Below are positions 26,126 to 35,813 of a stretch of DNA of 64,000 bases, piece by piece (within the stretch, counting starts at the first letter, position 1; every line of letters starts with the position of its first letter). The notes beneath the pieces were generated by a model. The model searched no databases. It had not been told where the DNA came from and was given only the letters and a program-made list of their open reading frames with translations. Location of the stretch: the IMG/VR virus record IMGVR_UViG_3300045005_000111; one strand, given 5' to 3'. The DNA comes from an uncultured virus (IMG/VR IMGVR_UViG_3300045005_000111) (lineage: Duplodnaviria > Heunggongvirae > Uroviricota > Caudoviricetes). Position numbers and translations under genes: made by a program.

Positions 26126-26735
26126 CTCGATTCCTTTCGAGGTAAAGAATTGCCCGAGTCAGATTGCCTGAATCACTTTTGAACCGGCCTAGACCCAGAT
26201 TACAGTCGCAACACAGCAGACCGCGTACGACTCCCGAGTCGTGGCAGTGATCGACGTGCAAGGGTAAGGGTTTACCGAGCCTCGTCCGACGCTCCGGTTT
26301 CTGGCAGATGAAGCAGGCGCCGTTCTGTTCAGTCATCAGCCTCTGGTACGCCGACTCGTCCAGTCCGTAGTTACGCTTCCTTTTGTAGGCGGCGGTGTGC
26401 GGCGCAAGAGCGGACTGCTTCTTCGCGGAACAGCTTCGACAGTAGACGTGCCGACCGTCCCGACGCTTCGACGAAGCGAAGAACTCGTTCAGCGGTAACA
26501 ACTCGCGACACGACGAACAGCGTTTGTTGCCAGTATTGTAGAGGCATTTTCGGCACGTCTCGGTTCCTGTGTCGAACTCCCTCTTCGTTGTCTCCTGCTC
26601 ACAAGCACGGCACCGACGGAGCGTCGTCCTGCTGCTGCACCGACGACAGTATGGACTCCTGCCGTCTTTGCGATTCTTGTCTCGACAGAACTCCTCGACC
26701 GGCTTACTGATCTCGCACTTACTGCACGTCTTCAC
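26082..26735 (-). CDS. Endonuclease VII-family (homing-type) endonuclease
   Basis: Tandem CxxC repeats; YGL....Y..L...Q.G.C.IC, LHVDHCHDSGVVRGLLCCDCNLGLG. Confidence 0.9.
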   Translation of the reverse strand: MKTCSKCEISKPVEEFCRDKNRKDGRSPYCRRCSSRTTLRRCRACEQETTKREFDTGTETCRKCLYNTGNKRCSSCRELLPLNEFFASSKRRDGRHVYCRSCSAKKQSALAPHTAAYKRKRNYGLDESAYQRLMTEQNGACFICQKPERRTRLGKPLPLHVDHCHDSGVVRGLLCCDCNLGLGRFKSDSGNLTRAILYLERNRDATDSRPADGDHPA

Positions 26736-26746
26736 GATGATCTCCG

Positions 26747-27718
26747 TTACAGGCTGGGTAACGTGCCATCATAATAATAGCTAAGAACAGATTCAATAAT
26801 CTTCTCGGCCGAGATCATGTCCATGCACAAGGGCACGACCTGGCCGTTGTCGGATTGCTTTGGGTACGCGCAGAAGCTCTTGTCCTTTTCGTTCGCCAGC
26901 ACCTTGTTCTTCCAGCACCCTTTTCTCAAGCAGCAGTCGAGCCGGCCGAGCGTGTGGATGTACCGGTGGTTGACGGCCAACTTGTGGCTGTTGGCTCCGA
27001 GAGCCGGGTTGTTCCGGTGGTAAGCCTCCCACCACCACTCTTCGCGGCCGCCGGCGGTGATGACGCACGGCCGGCCCAGTGCCGCTGCCGCGTGCATGGC
27101 GAAGGTGATCGTGCAGATCACTCCGTCGGCGTGCCGAATCACTTGCAGCATCTCGCGCAAGCTGGTCTGGCCTATCAGGTCGAGGGTGCCGTCGAGCTTT
27201 GGATGGAAGTGGGTAGGATTCGAGCCTTTGGCGCCGAGCTGAACGACGCCCAGACCCATTCCTCGGAGTGCGTCGACCACCCGCTGGTGTCGAGCGTAGA
27301 CGTAGTGCTTGGTGGTGAAATCGAGTTTCCCGCCGGCCAGAATAGCCCAATACCGACCTCCGACGTGCCTCGTCGCTTCCTCCTGGGGCGACAGGTGTAG
27401 GTCGGGAGTCGGGTGGGTGAGGGGCACTTTGATCGACGTCTTTCGCTCGAAGTCCTTGTGAAATGACTCGAGGAAGTGGATCGGCTGCCGAGCGGTCTGG
27501 GTAATGTACTCGCCGTACGAGAGCTTAACGACCGTGGCGCCATGGACCGTCTCGGTGACGCCATGGATGTGCGGATTGTTGAGCCAGACGTCTCGAAACG
27601 ACGTTTCGACGGCGACCTGGTATTTGCCTGGGTAAGTCAGGGCGATGTCCCGGACCAGCGCCGTCATGGCAGTGATGTCGCCGGGCGCCCGGTTGTGTCG
27701 CAGAATGATTCGTTGCAC
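26747..27718 (-). CDS. Glycosyltransferase, GT9/heptosyltransferase-like
   Basis: APGDITAMT, WLNNPH, DLIGQTSLREMLQVIRHADGVI...MHAAAALGRPCV. Confidence 0.85.
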   Translation of the reverse strand: MQRIILRHNRAPGDITAMTALVRDIALTYPGKYQVAVETSFRDVWLNNPHIHGVTETVHGATVVKLSYGEYITQTARQPIHFLESFHKDFERKTSIKVPLTHPTPDLHLSPQEEATRHVGGRYWAILAGGKLDFTTKHYVYARHQRVVDALRGMGLGVVQLGAKGSNPTHFHPKLDGTLDLIGQTSLREMLQVIRHADGVICTITFAMHAAAALGRPCVITAGGREEWWWEAYHRNNPALGANSHKLAVNHRYIHTLGRLDCCLRKGCWKNKVLANEKDKSFCAYPKQSDNGQVVPLCMDMISAEKIIESVLSYYYDGTLPSL

Positions 27719-27743
27719 GCGAATCCTTTCGTGGTGCAAAATC

Positions 27744-28297
27744 TCAGTCGACCTCGGCGATGCACAGTCCACGGGGGTTCCGAAGGACGATGAACCGCTT
27801 GATCAGTCCTTTCGCCTGCAGATCCTCCAGACCCGGAAGCATTCCGTGGTGGGGCGCCGCGTCGTGGACACGACGACGGCGTTCCGGGCCAGGTAGGGCC
27901 TCATGTAGGTGAACATCTTCGGCCGATCGGGCGGATCGCCGGCGTCAACGAACAGGAAGTCTATCCCGTCGGGCGGAATCCACTTGTACACATCGGCGAC
28001 GGCCACGTCCACCGGGAGTGGGCGACACCAGTGGGCGGCGTGCCTGGCCGCCGCCTGGTCGATGTCGATGGCAGTCACCCGGCCGTGGCCGTTGAGCTTG
28101 GCGGCCATGCCGAGCATGCGCGTTGTGTGCCCCCAGGCCGAACCGAGCTCGACGATCACGTCCGGCTGAGTGAGCCGGACGAGACCGGCGATGGCTTCGG
28201 ACACCTCGGTCTCGGTGGACATAGCGTCGGGGGCGTGCCAGCGCTCCGGGTGCGGGCAGAAATCGCACGGCGGCGTCCAGGTAGATTCCGGCCTCAT
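27744..28297 (-). CDS. Class I SAM-dependent methyltransferase, 1-nt frameshift near 27868
   Basis: [21 protein letters not shown]; natural ending VHDAAPHH...[12 protein letters not shown] lies in the adjacent frame (stop at 27744). Confidence 0.75.
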
Positions 28298-29826
28298 ACG
28301 ATCTCCTCGATGGTCTCGTCGAAGCACTGGTCCGGATTGGAACAAGGCCCAACGGGATTCTCGTAGCCGAACTTTTTCATGTCGTCTTCGGTCAAGTCCG
28401 GGGCAACCGCAATGAGTGTCCGGTCGTGATCCGGACCGACCAGCCAGTACCTCGGCTGCGGAGCGCCGATGGCCTGACCGCCCATGTCTCCGCCTATCGT
28501 GCAATTAACGGTTGTGTGGTCTCCGTTGGTACAACCTCCGGGTGGTGTCGCACACCCGCAGTTTTGACCGATGCAGCCGAAAGTCATCAGAACCCACACC
28601 TCGTCGACGCAGTCGTAGGTGCATGAGGTGCTGGGACAGCAAGCCTCCGTGCAAGAGAGCATATCCGGGTACGCGCCGCTGCCGTCGCCGGGGTCGGTGC
28701 AGGTACCTGCTCCGTCGCAGTTGAAGCTCGTCTGCGTGCAGACAGCCTGGCAGCTCGGCAGGTCGGGGTAAGTTCCGGTGCCGTCTCCAGGGTCTATGCA
28801 CATGTTGGCAGAGCAGTTATAGCTCACCTCAACGCAGGCAGCCTGGCAGCCCACCAGATCGGGGTAAGCTCCGGTGCCGTCGCCCGGGTCTATGCATATG
28901 CCGCCAGAGCAATTGTAACTTACTGATCCCGGCCCGGCGGAGCTGCAGCACGGGCCGTACTCACCCTGCGGACCACGGTATCCCTGCGGACCACGGTAAC
29001 CCTGGAGACCACGGTAACCCTGGAGACCACGGTATCCCTGAACGCCGCGATAGCCCTGCGGACCCCAATAGCCTTGCGGACCCCAGTAGCCCTGCGGACC
29101 ACGATATCCTTGTGGACCACGGTATCCCTGAGGGCCACGGTAGCCTTGTGGACCCCAGTAGCCCTGCGGACCACGATATCCTTGTGGACCACGGTATCCC
29201 TGAGGGCCACGGTATCCCTGAGGGCCACGGTAACCCTGCGAACCTTGATTACCCTGCGGTCCAGGCGGTCCTGTCGGTCCTGTCGGTCCCTGCGGTCCCC
29301 GAAATCCTTGCGGCAGATGAAAGGCGAAGTGGAACCGTTGGAAGCACGGATCGTCGGTCTCGATCTCGGTGACCGTGACGTACCCGTCGTCCGGATCGAA
29401 GCCGGGCGCCAACATCTCCACCGACGCCGAGATACTGACATCAGTGCAAGCGCCGTCGACGCCGGGGGGACCGGGAGGACCGGGAGGACCGGCAGAACCT
29501 TGCGGCCCCTTCGGTATCGTGAAGTTGAACTGGATGTCTGTCAAGCACTCCGACGAGTTGGCGTCGTCGTTGGTCGTGACGACCTCGACTTCGGCTACGC
29601 TCCCCTCGGTGGTGGTGGCGGTAGCGCTGACGTTGATCGTGGGACACGGTGCCGCAGGCCCTACCGGACCAGCCGGCCCGATCAGCGGCACATCGACGTC
29701 GATGTCGGGGCAGTCGTAGATCGGCGGCGGCGCGTCGGGGATCTCGCAGTCCGAAACGAACTGGAAGTCCTCGATCGCCGGGATCGACGGCAAGTTGCAG
29801 CGGCTGGTGTCGAACACGGACGACAT
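28294..29826 (-). CDS. Collagen-like fibre protein with Cys-rich C-terminal repeats
   Basis: Three Gly-X-Y tracts, the longest built of [12 protein letters not shown]; three C..C.DPGDG.G.YPD...C...C repeats. Confidence 0.85.
   Translation of the reverse strand: MSSVFDTSRCNLPSIPAIEDFQFVSDCEIPDAPPPIYDCPDIDVDVPLIGPAGPVGPAAPCPTINVSATATTTEGSVAEVEVVTTNDDANSSECLTDIQFNFTIPKGPQGSAGPPGPPGPPGVDGACTDVSISASVEMLAPGFDPDDGYVTVTEIETDDPCFQRFHFAFHLPQGFRGPQGPTGPTGPPGPQGNQGSQGYRGPQGYRGPQGYRGPQGYRGPQGYWGPQGYRGPQGYRGPQGYRGPQGYWGPQGYWGPQGYRGVQGYRGLQGYRGLQGYRGPQGYRGPQGEYGPCCSSAGPGSVSYNCSGGICIDPGDGTGAYPDLVGCQAACVEVSYNCSANMCIDPGDGTGTYPDLPSCQAVCTQTSFNCDGAGTCTDPGDGSGAYPDMLSCTEACCPSTSCTYDCVDEVWVLMTFGCIGQNCGCATPPGGCTNGDHTTVNCTIGGDMGGQAIGAPQPRYWLVGPDHDRTLIAVAPDLTEDDMKKFGYENPVGPCSNPDQCFDETIEEIV
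28960..29305. repeat. 18-bp coding tandem repeat (GPQGYR units)
   Basis: Repeated ACCACGGTA.CCCTG.GG units with synonymous variation and a higher-order 72-bp duplication. Confidence 0.9.
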
Positions 29827-29958
29827 CGTTCGGCCTCCTGCCGACTACACGACCGATTCCTTCGGTCGACCACGATGGAGTGGCAGTTAACTAATACACA
29901 ACAGCAATAAGATACGGCGGGCTGGGGGGTCTTGGAACACTGGTGGTCACGGTACAGG

Positions 29959-31341
29959 TCATGGGCACGGACCACAATTGCCGATAGATTCAAGCAGGAC
30001 GGTTTGGCCGCTCCAGTTACCAGTGCTGCTGCCGGCCAGGTTCAACGTCATCGGCCCGCAGCAGACCAGCGGCCCTGTGAAAGTGACGTTCTCTCCGTTC
30101 TGACTCCCTATCAGTTCTGCCGTTCCAAGGTTGCCCCCCGGGTTTAATGTCAGAGTCCACTGCGGCCCGTCGTTGAGGCCGTCACCCCAAACCCAGGTAC
30201 TAGGCATAGACCGGTTGAGTACGAATACGCCATCGAGGTGCGGCATGTCGGGATCGTTCTCGGTGGGTACTGTCAGCCGCCAGGCGAACGGAGTACCTTC
30301 TTCGCACCCCAACACGTCACACCAGCCGGCCGGGTAGCTGGACGACGAAGACATGTACGGCCAGTCGGACGACGAAGCCGGCGGACTCGGGACGATCGAA
30401 CTTTCGATCGGTGGCACACACAGAGCCATACCGTGAAGGTCGGCCTCGACCACCAGTGTGTTGGGCAAGTCGGGGTCCGGGTCGATGCGGACTCCGTCGC
30501 CCGGTTTGAAGTTGATCACCCGCCCGCCGACCCCGTTGATCGTCCTGAGCACCTCGTTGCACTTCGGCCCGCCGGTCAAGAGGTTGCTGCCGGGCTGGTT
30601 CTCTTCAGCCGGAAACGCCTTCACTTCGTCGCACGCCTCGCCCTCGCCGGCTCCTACCTGGCCGGAGATGGTAACGCTGTTTTCGACCCGGTTCGCCCGG
30701 ATCACGCAGTTGTAACCCTCCTTCAACTGCAGCCGGCCAGTGAGACACCGCGCCTGTACGTCGATCGTCCCGTCTTCCGGGCCGGCCGGAACCGACGAGC
30801 ACCCGGCCGGGTCGTCGACCAGGGTGCGCCGCTTGTTAGCCAGATTTACCGCCCGGACGAAAGTTCTGGCGAGGTTTTGTACCGTAGCCGGCTCGACCTC
30901 GGACACTGCTCCGTGGTCGGCCCACTCCTCGCCGTTTGCCAGCAGGTCGGGCAGTTTCTCCAAAAGGCCGGTGACCAGGAACCCCTCCATGATGGGGTCG
31001 TCTACACAGTCATCGCCGTGCGAGCTGGAGTAAGACCCGCTCGCTTCGTCGTCGCGCTCGAAGCTGGTGGCGTACTCCGGGTCGGCCAGATCGCGGGTGA
31101 ACACGAGCGCCCGGCCCCGGCATCCGGGAGCGTTGGCGCGGAACTCGAACGTGTACGTCGTGCCGGAACGGGCGACGCGGTGCAACCACACCCGGTGCAA
31201 CTGGTCGTCGAATTCGGCCCGAATGCCCATGACGACGCCGAAGTCGACCAGCACCTCTTCGGGCAGAGGTATACCGAGCGGACCGTCGATCAGCGGGTAC
31301 GCTCGGTGTTCGTTCGCGCTGTAGAAGCCGGCGAGGGACAT
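29959..31341 (-). CDS. Putative virion/tail-associated protein, paralog family member 1
   Basis: FYSANEHRAYPL N-motif, LRTINGV motif; TAATG coupling. Confidence 0.65.
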   Translation of the reverse strand: MSLAGFYSANEHRAYPLIDGPLGIPLPEEVLVDFGVVMGIRAEFDDQLHRVWLHRVARSGTTYTFEFRANAPGCRGRALVFTRDLADPEYATSFERDDEASGSYSSSHGDDCVDDPIMEGFLVTGLLEKLPDLLANGEEWADHGAVSEVEPATVQNLARTFVRAVNLANKRRTLVDDPAGCSSVPAGPEDGTIDVQARCLTGRLQLKEGYNCVIRANRVENSVTISGQVGAGEGEACDEVKAFPAEENQPGSNLLTGGPKCNEVLRTINGVGGRVINFKPGDGVRIDPDPDLPNTLVVEADLHGMALCVPPIESSIVPSPPASSSDWPYMSSSSSYPAGWCDVLGCEEGTPFAWRLTVPTENDPDMPHLDGVFVLNRSMPSTWVWGDGLNDGPQWTLTLNPGGNLGTAELIGSQNGENVTFTGPLVCCGPMTLNLAGSSTGNWSGQTVLLESIGNCGPCP

Positions 31342-32114
31342 TACACCACCCCCTCTAGCTTCTGTCCGACAACTTCGACGCGGATAGAACGCCCGTCGTC
31401 CGACGGGTACAGCCGGAGGATGGTGTCGCCGGCCAGTTCGCTGTTGACGGTGATGAGGAACGTACCCCGCTCGTCGGGCGGTATGCCGTTGATGGTCTTG
31501 ATGAACCGGGGTGTGACGAACAGGTCGTTCGGCTCGCACAGCCGACGACGGAACAGCGGGTCGCCGACCAGATCGACGCGGATCACGCCTTCGCCGTCTT
31601 TGCGGACCACGATTCCGTCTTCACCCACGATCCACACGTCGCCGGTGAACAGGGTGCCGTCGTCGAGCTTCAGCCCGCGCAGGCCGGGTGCCGGCATCGG
31701 TACCACGCAAGAGGAAACGAATTCGGCCTTCTGGCCGAACTCGTGGTCCCCGAACGGCCACGTCTGGAACGCCGCCAGCCGCTCCGGGGTCGAGACGATG
31801 AGACCGGCCGGGCGGCCGTACGAGTCGAATAGCGGCAATTCGCTGGGGGGCTCCAGCGGATCAAATTCGGCCGAAGCCAGTTCCGCTCCGGTTTGAGAGC
31901 CTACGACGATGGTGACGGTTCTGGTTCCCCGGGCGGCGATGCGGACGAGAAACAGACGCGGGCCGCCGCCGATCGGGTACAGAACGGCATCGAGGAAGAT
32001 GGACGGGTCGAGGGTCAGGCCCGATCCGGCAGACAGCGAGGCGTCGTCGGCGAAAGGGTACTTCGACTCCGCCTGCTCGTCGCGCCACTCCTGGTAGATA
32101 ATCCGCTGTTCCAC
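31341..32114 (-). CDS. Putative virion protein, paralog member 2
   Basis: EWRDEQAESKYPF; IKTINGIPPDERG. Confidence 0.65.
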   Translation of the reverse strand: MEQRIIYQEWRDEQAESKYPFADDASLSAGSGLTLDPSIFLDAVLYPIGGGPRLFLVRIAARGTRTVTIVVGSQTGAELASAEFDPLEPPSELPLFDSYGRPAGLIVSTPERLAAFQTWPFGDHEFGQKAEFVSSCVVPMPAPGLRGLKLDDGTLFTGDVWIVGEDGIVVRKDGEGVIRVDLVGDPLFRRRLCEPNDLFVTPRFIKTINGIPPDERGTFLITVNSELAGDTILRLYPSDDGRSIRVEVVGQKLEGVV

Positions 32115-32153
32115 CGCTCGCCCTCCATGGCGGCCGGTACCATACCACGAACG

Positions 32154-33869
32154 TCAAACTTGTTCGACCCTGAAGAACGAGAAGTACGCCCGGGAGTGTT
32201 CGGACCCGATCCCTATCTTACCCCGACCGGGGGCGAACGCCGTAGTCGTCGTGTTGATCGACAGGAGCTGGACCAGCGTCGGGATCTCGATCAGCCGGGC
32301 CACGATCTTCGCCGTGCCGGGGCTGATCTCGGTCACGGTCGCTTCCAGGCGGTACCAGGTGTCCCACTCGACCAGCCGGCCGATTGCCGACAGCGGCGCC
32401 GACACGAGCGTCGTCCAGCTCGACCCGGTCCACCACCGGATCCGCAGCGAGTGGTTCGGGCGGTCGATCTCGACGGTCCAGTACTCGAACCCGCCGCCGC
32501 CGCCGAGACGGTTGCGCAAGTTGAGCACAATCGCCGCGTTGCCACGACCCTGGTTCGCGGGCAGCATGACGTCGGTCGTCAGCCTGAGTCCGTACACCTC
32601 CTCGTAGGCGCAGTCGAACCACACGGCCATGTTCCGACCGGCCACTTCGTCGGCTACCCACGACGTGTCGGTGCCGGGGATTGTGTACTGGCGCACCTCG
32701 GACCAGCTCGACGAGCTCGACGCGGAGTAGTACGCCACCGAACTCGACACGGTGTCGTCGTAGCCCTCCTCCGGGCTGTCGAGCCCGACGAAGGTCCACG
32801 ATCCGTATATTATTTGCCAGTTGTCCGGGTCGCGGTCGTCGAACGTCTCGGTGTGCGGCAGATCGGCACAGATGTCGAGGACCTGGCTCGAGGCGCTGGG
32901 ATACTCGCTATCCAAGTCGGGTTGCGGCGCAAACAGCGGGCCGCCGGTCCTGGCGTTGGCGTCCTGGTCTCCGTCCGACGGGTTGCACTCGTCGTCGTAC
33001 TCGTTGGGCAGGCGCCCCTGGGTGTTCGGCAACCGGTCGTCTCGGGTGCAGGCGTCGATCAGGCCGTACGGGTAGTCGAGAACCAGTCCGCCGCCGCCGT
33101 TGATCGGGGTGGCGCGCAGGGGCGACGGAAACTTGATAGTCAGGTTCCCGTTGCAATCCGGTCCGACCGTGTTGATGAACTCGACCGCCGGGCGGTTGCA
33201 GGTGTTCGACTCCGGTCGACCGGCGCACGGCCCACGGTACTTGTCGAACAGGTTCTGCGGGGTGTTCTGACGCAGCCGAATCACCATCGCGTTGACGGTC
33301 TGCCCGTCGATCACCCGGTCGGCGGCGAGAATCTCAACGTCCGGCCCGGCCTTCACCGTCACCACCCCGTCCAGGCGGACCGAGCTGTTGAGCTTGGCGA
33401 TCGAGGGAATCGGCAGCGGCCGGTAGAAGCGACACGTCTTCGGGTTCAGTCCCGCTTGCTGGGGAGTCGAAAACCGGGCGCTAAACAGCTTGGCCGCCCC
33501 TTCGCCGAACACCAGCCACCCGCCGACCCCTTCGGTCATCGGGTTGATCGGGTACGGACGGCCCTGCTGGATCGGCAGGCGGACGCTGACGGCTCCCAGA
33601 GGCACGAACGTCGCGGTCCCGGCCGACGCCCCGGCGGGGACGACCGGCGGGTGCGCGACGGCCACCAGGGTGACTGACACCAAACTCTTCGACACGATGA
33701 CGGAGCTAACCGCCACGCCGGTACCCAGGGTGGACGGCAGGCGGACGTTGGCGTCGACGATGAGGTTGTTCGGCAGGTTCTCCCCGCCGTCTCCCTCGCC
33801 GGTGGCGCCGTCGTCGATCGGGTAACGCCGGGTGCCGTTGAGCGTGTACCAGTTGCGGTTGAGCGGCAT
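32154..33869 (-). CDS. Putative virion protein, paralog member 3, with C-terminal beta-sandwich (lectin-like) domain
   Basis: NWYTLNGTRRYPI; INTVGPDCNG; C-terminus WYRLEATV...GKIGIGS...FSFFRV. Confidence 0.65.
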   Translation of the reverse strand: MPLNRNWYTLNGTRRYPIDDGATGEGDGGENLPNNLIVDANVRLPSTLGTGVAVSSVIVSKSLVSVTLVAVAHPPVVPAGASAGTATFVPLGAVSVRLPIQQGRPYPINPMTEGVGGWLVFGEGAAKLFSARFSTPQQAGLNPKTCRFYRPLPIPSIAKLNSSVRLDGVVTVKAGPDVEILAADRVIDGQTVNAMVIRLRQNTPQNLFDKYRGPCAGRPESNTCNRPAVEFINTVGPDCNGNLTIKFPSPLRATPINGGGGLVLDYPYGLIDACTRDDRLPNTQGRLPNEYDDECNPSDGDQDANARTGGPLFAPQPDLDSEYPSASSQVLDICADLPHTETFDDRDPDNWQIIYGSWTFVGLDSPEEGYDDTVSSSVAYYSASSSSSWSEVRQYTIPGTDTSWVADEVAGRNMAVWFDCAYEEVYGLRLTTDVMLPANQGRGNAAIVLNLRNRLGGGGGFEYWTVEIDRPNHSLRIRWWTGSSWTTLVSAPLSAIGRLVEWDTWYRLEATVTEISPGTAKIVARLIEIPTLVQLLSINTTTTAFAPGRGKIGIGSEHSRAYFSFFRVEQV

Positions 33870-35257
33870 TAGTCCGGCTCCTCGATGATCAGGTGCCGGG
33901 TGATCGTCGCCTCTGGTTGCGGCGTCGGCGAGTCGTTGATGTACGGGCGGACGATCACCTTCACGCGGGCGCCTACCGGCGCGTCCTTCCACGTCATTTG
34001 GAACTTCACTCGGGCCATACGAGCGGTGTCGACCGGCTCCCAGATCGCGTAGTAGATGGGCCAGTCGCCGCCGAGGGTGTAGAACTCGGGATGCCCGCCG
34101 CTGGTCGGGTACCACAGCACGGTCGACTTCTTGACCTTGCCGGTGAAGTTCAGGTTCGTCTGGAACTCGATCTCGAGCTTCAGCTTGCCGACGCACTGCC
34201 CGGTGGAGTTGCAGTAACCGGCCGAGATGTACCCGCCCTTGGGGTAGTACGGCAGGAACGACACGCGGGCCGGGTGGTCGGCCCGACACTCCTTGTCGGC
34301 CAGCCACCGGTCGCGGTTCTCGACGTACTGGTTGCGGACCACGTTCGACCGGACCCCGAGCACCTTGTACTTGTCGTACAGCTTGCGGATGCCCATGTAG
34401 GTGTTGACGAAGTCGTCGCACTCGCAGCACGGGCGGCAGTCGTTGTTCACCTTCAGGCCGTTCAGCAACGTGGGCGTGGCGAGGCCCCCGGACACGTTCG
34501 CCGGTCGCTCGAGCCAGTAGCAGTCCTTGGCCGACAGCAGCAGGTTGTGGTACTCGTCGGGACGTTGTTGGTTGACCCGGCGGATCGACAGGTCTGGTTC
34601 CTGGCAGCTCGGGAACAGGCCGTCGCCGAGCCCCGGATCGGCGGTCACCGTCACCAGGTTGCGGTACGCCTTGCCAGGCTTGAAGGCCACTTCGGTGAGG
34701 ACGGCCTCGACGTTGTAACCGCCCTGGATCTCGATCGCTCCGGTTATGAGCTCGTCGTTCACCTTGAACGCGAGCACCTGGTCGGGCAACAGCTCCGAAC
34801 ACCGTTCGTCGAGTACTGCCCTCTCCGGTGTCCACTGGTTCGGGTACTCGCCGTATCCGTCCGGGCCGGAGGTGTGCTGCACGACCTTGCAGACGGCGGC
34901 GTCGGAGATCCACTCGTGGATCCGGAACCGGCTGTCCCAGTCGTGGCTCTTGTACTCGGACGCTTTGGTGCTGTCGAAGATCACCCTGTCGGCGGCGTCT
35001 ACGACCAGGAGGTCGCTGGCGTGTATCGAGTCCGGCAGCCCGTCGGAACTCGATCCGCTCTCGCTCGAGGCGGCGCTCGTCGGCTGTCGGAACCCGTACA
35101 GCCACTTCACGCGCAACGGAACGACGACTTCCTTCACCCGGTGAACCAGGTGGAAATCGGCGAACAGCCCCTTCACGTCGGCCGACGGGAGGACGAACGG
35201 GAAATCGACGCCCGAGTAGCTCACGCCTGTAGGGCGGCCGTTGTCTGCGACGCTCAT
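33869..35257 (-). CDS. Putative virion protein, paralog member 4
   Basis: IRRVNQQRPDEYHN; NDCRPCCECDD. Confidence 0.65.
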   Translation of the reverse strand: MSVADNGRPTGVSYSGVDFPFVLPSADVKGLFADFHLVHRVKEVVVPLRVKWLYGFRQPTSAASSESGSSSDGLPDSIHASDLLVVDAADRVIFDSTKASEYKSHDWDSRFRIHEWISDAAVCKVVQHTSGPDGYGEYPNQWTPERAVLDERCSELLPDQVLAFKVNDELITGAIEIQGGYNVEAVLTEVAFKPGKAYRNLVTVTADPGLGDGLFPSCQEPDLSIRRVNQQRPDEYHNLLLSAKDCYWLERPANVSGGLATPTLLNGLKVNNDCRPCCECDDFVNTYMGIRKLYDKYKVLGVRSNVVRNQYVENRDRWLADKECRADHPARVSFLPYYPKGGYISAGYCNSTGQCVGKLKLEIEFQTNLNFTGKVKKSTVLWYPTSGGHPEFYTLGGDWPIYYAIWEPVDTARMARVKFQMTWKDAPVGARVKVIVRPYINDSPTPQPEATITRHLIIEEPD

Positions 35258-35760
35258 GAGACCTCCACGTCGAGACGACACCCTTCGCCGTTCTCGTACC
35301 GTTTGATCCAGTTGCAGTTCGCGCAGAGGAGCTGGTACTTGCCGGTGTTATCGGCGAGGACTAGCCGCCACAGAGCGTACGAACTTCGAGCCGACTTTCG
35401 TTCGGCTACACCGCCTCCGTTGACGTGGTCCACCTGCAGCGCCCTCCAGTCACTGAAACCGCAGCGGCAGCATTTGCTGCCCAGATGAGCGATCACTCGC
35501 TGACGCATTTCGCGCATCCGGCCGCGCATGTAGTCAGCGTGAATCTTTCGCGTGCCGACGGGATCCGAAGCCATTTTGTCTTCGCGGCGCTTCTTCTCGT
35601 ACGCCTTCCACTTGGTCGGATCCTTAGCCTTGTGGGCCTTCGTGTACTCGCTGTGGCATGTCTTGCATTTGGTGCGTCGCGCCTTTTTCGAGCTGTCCCT
35701 CCAGTGGAACTGCTCTAACGGCTTCTCCGCGTTGCAAATGACACAGATCGCGGTCGCCAT
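35254..35760 (-). CDS. HNH endonuclease (free-standing)
   Basis: CVIC..CKTC; LGSKCCRCG...ALQVDHVNGGG...YQLLCANCNWIK. Confidence 0.85.
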   Translation of the reverse strand: MATAICVICNAEKPLEQFHWRDSSKKARRTKCKTCHSEYTKAHKAKDPTKWKAYEKKRREDKMASDPVGTRKIHADYMRGRMREMRQRVIAHLGSKCCRCGFSDWRALQVDHVNGGGVAERKSARSSYALWRLVLADNTGKYQLLCANCNWIKRYENGEGCRLDVEVS

Positions 35761-35813
35761 ACCCACCTCCTTGAGGGCGGCAAAGATGGCGACACTCATC
35801 TCATGTGTCAATA

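Noticed and set aside
28960..29305. CRISPR-like or non-coding repeat array
   Set aside because: Repeats are in-frame 18-mers with synonymous variation encoding Gly-X-Y collagen; there are no unique spacers or cas genes
28294..33869. Diversity-generating retroelement acting on fibre tips
   Set aside because: No reverse transcriptase and no TR/VR pair differing at adenines seen in this window
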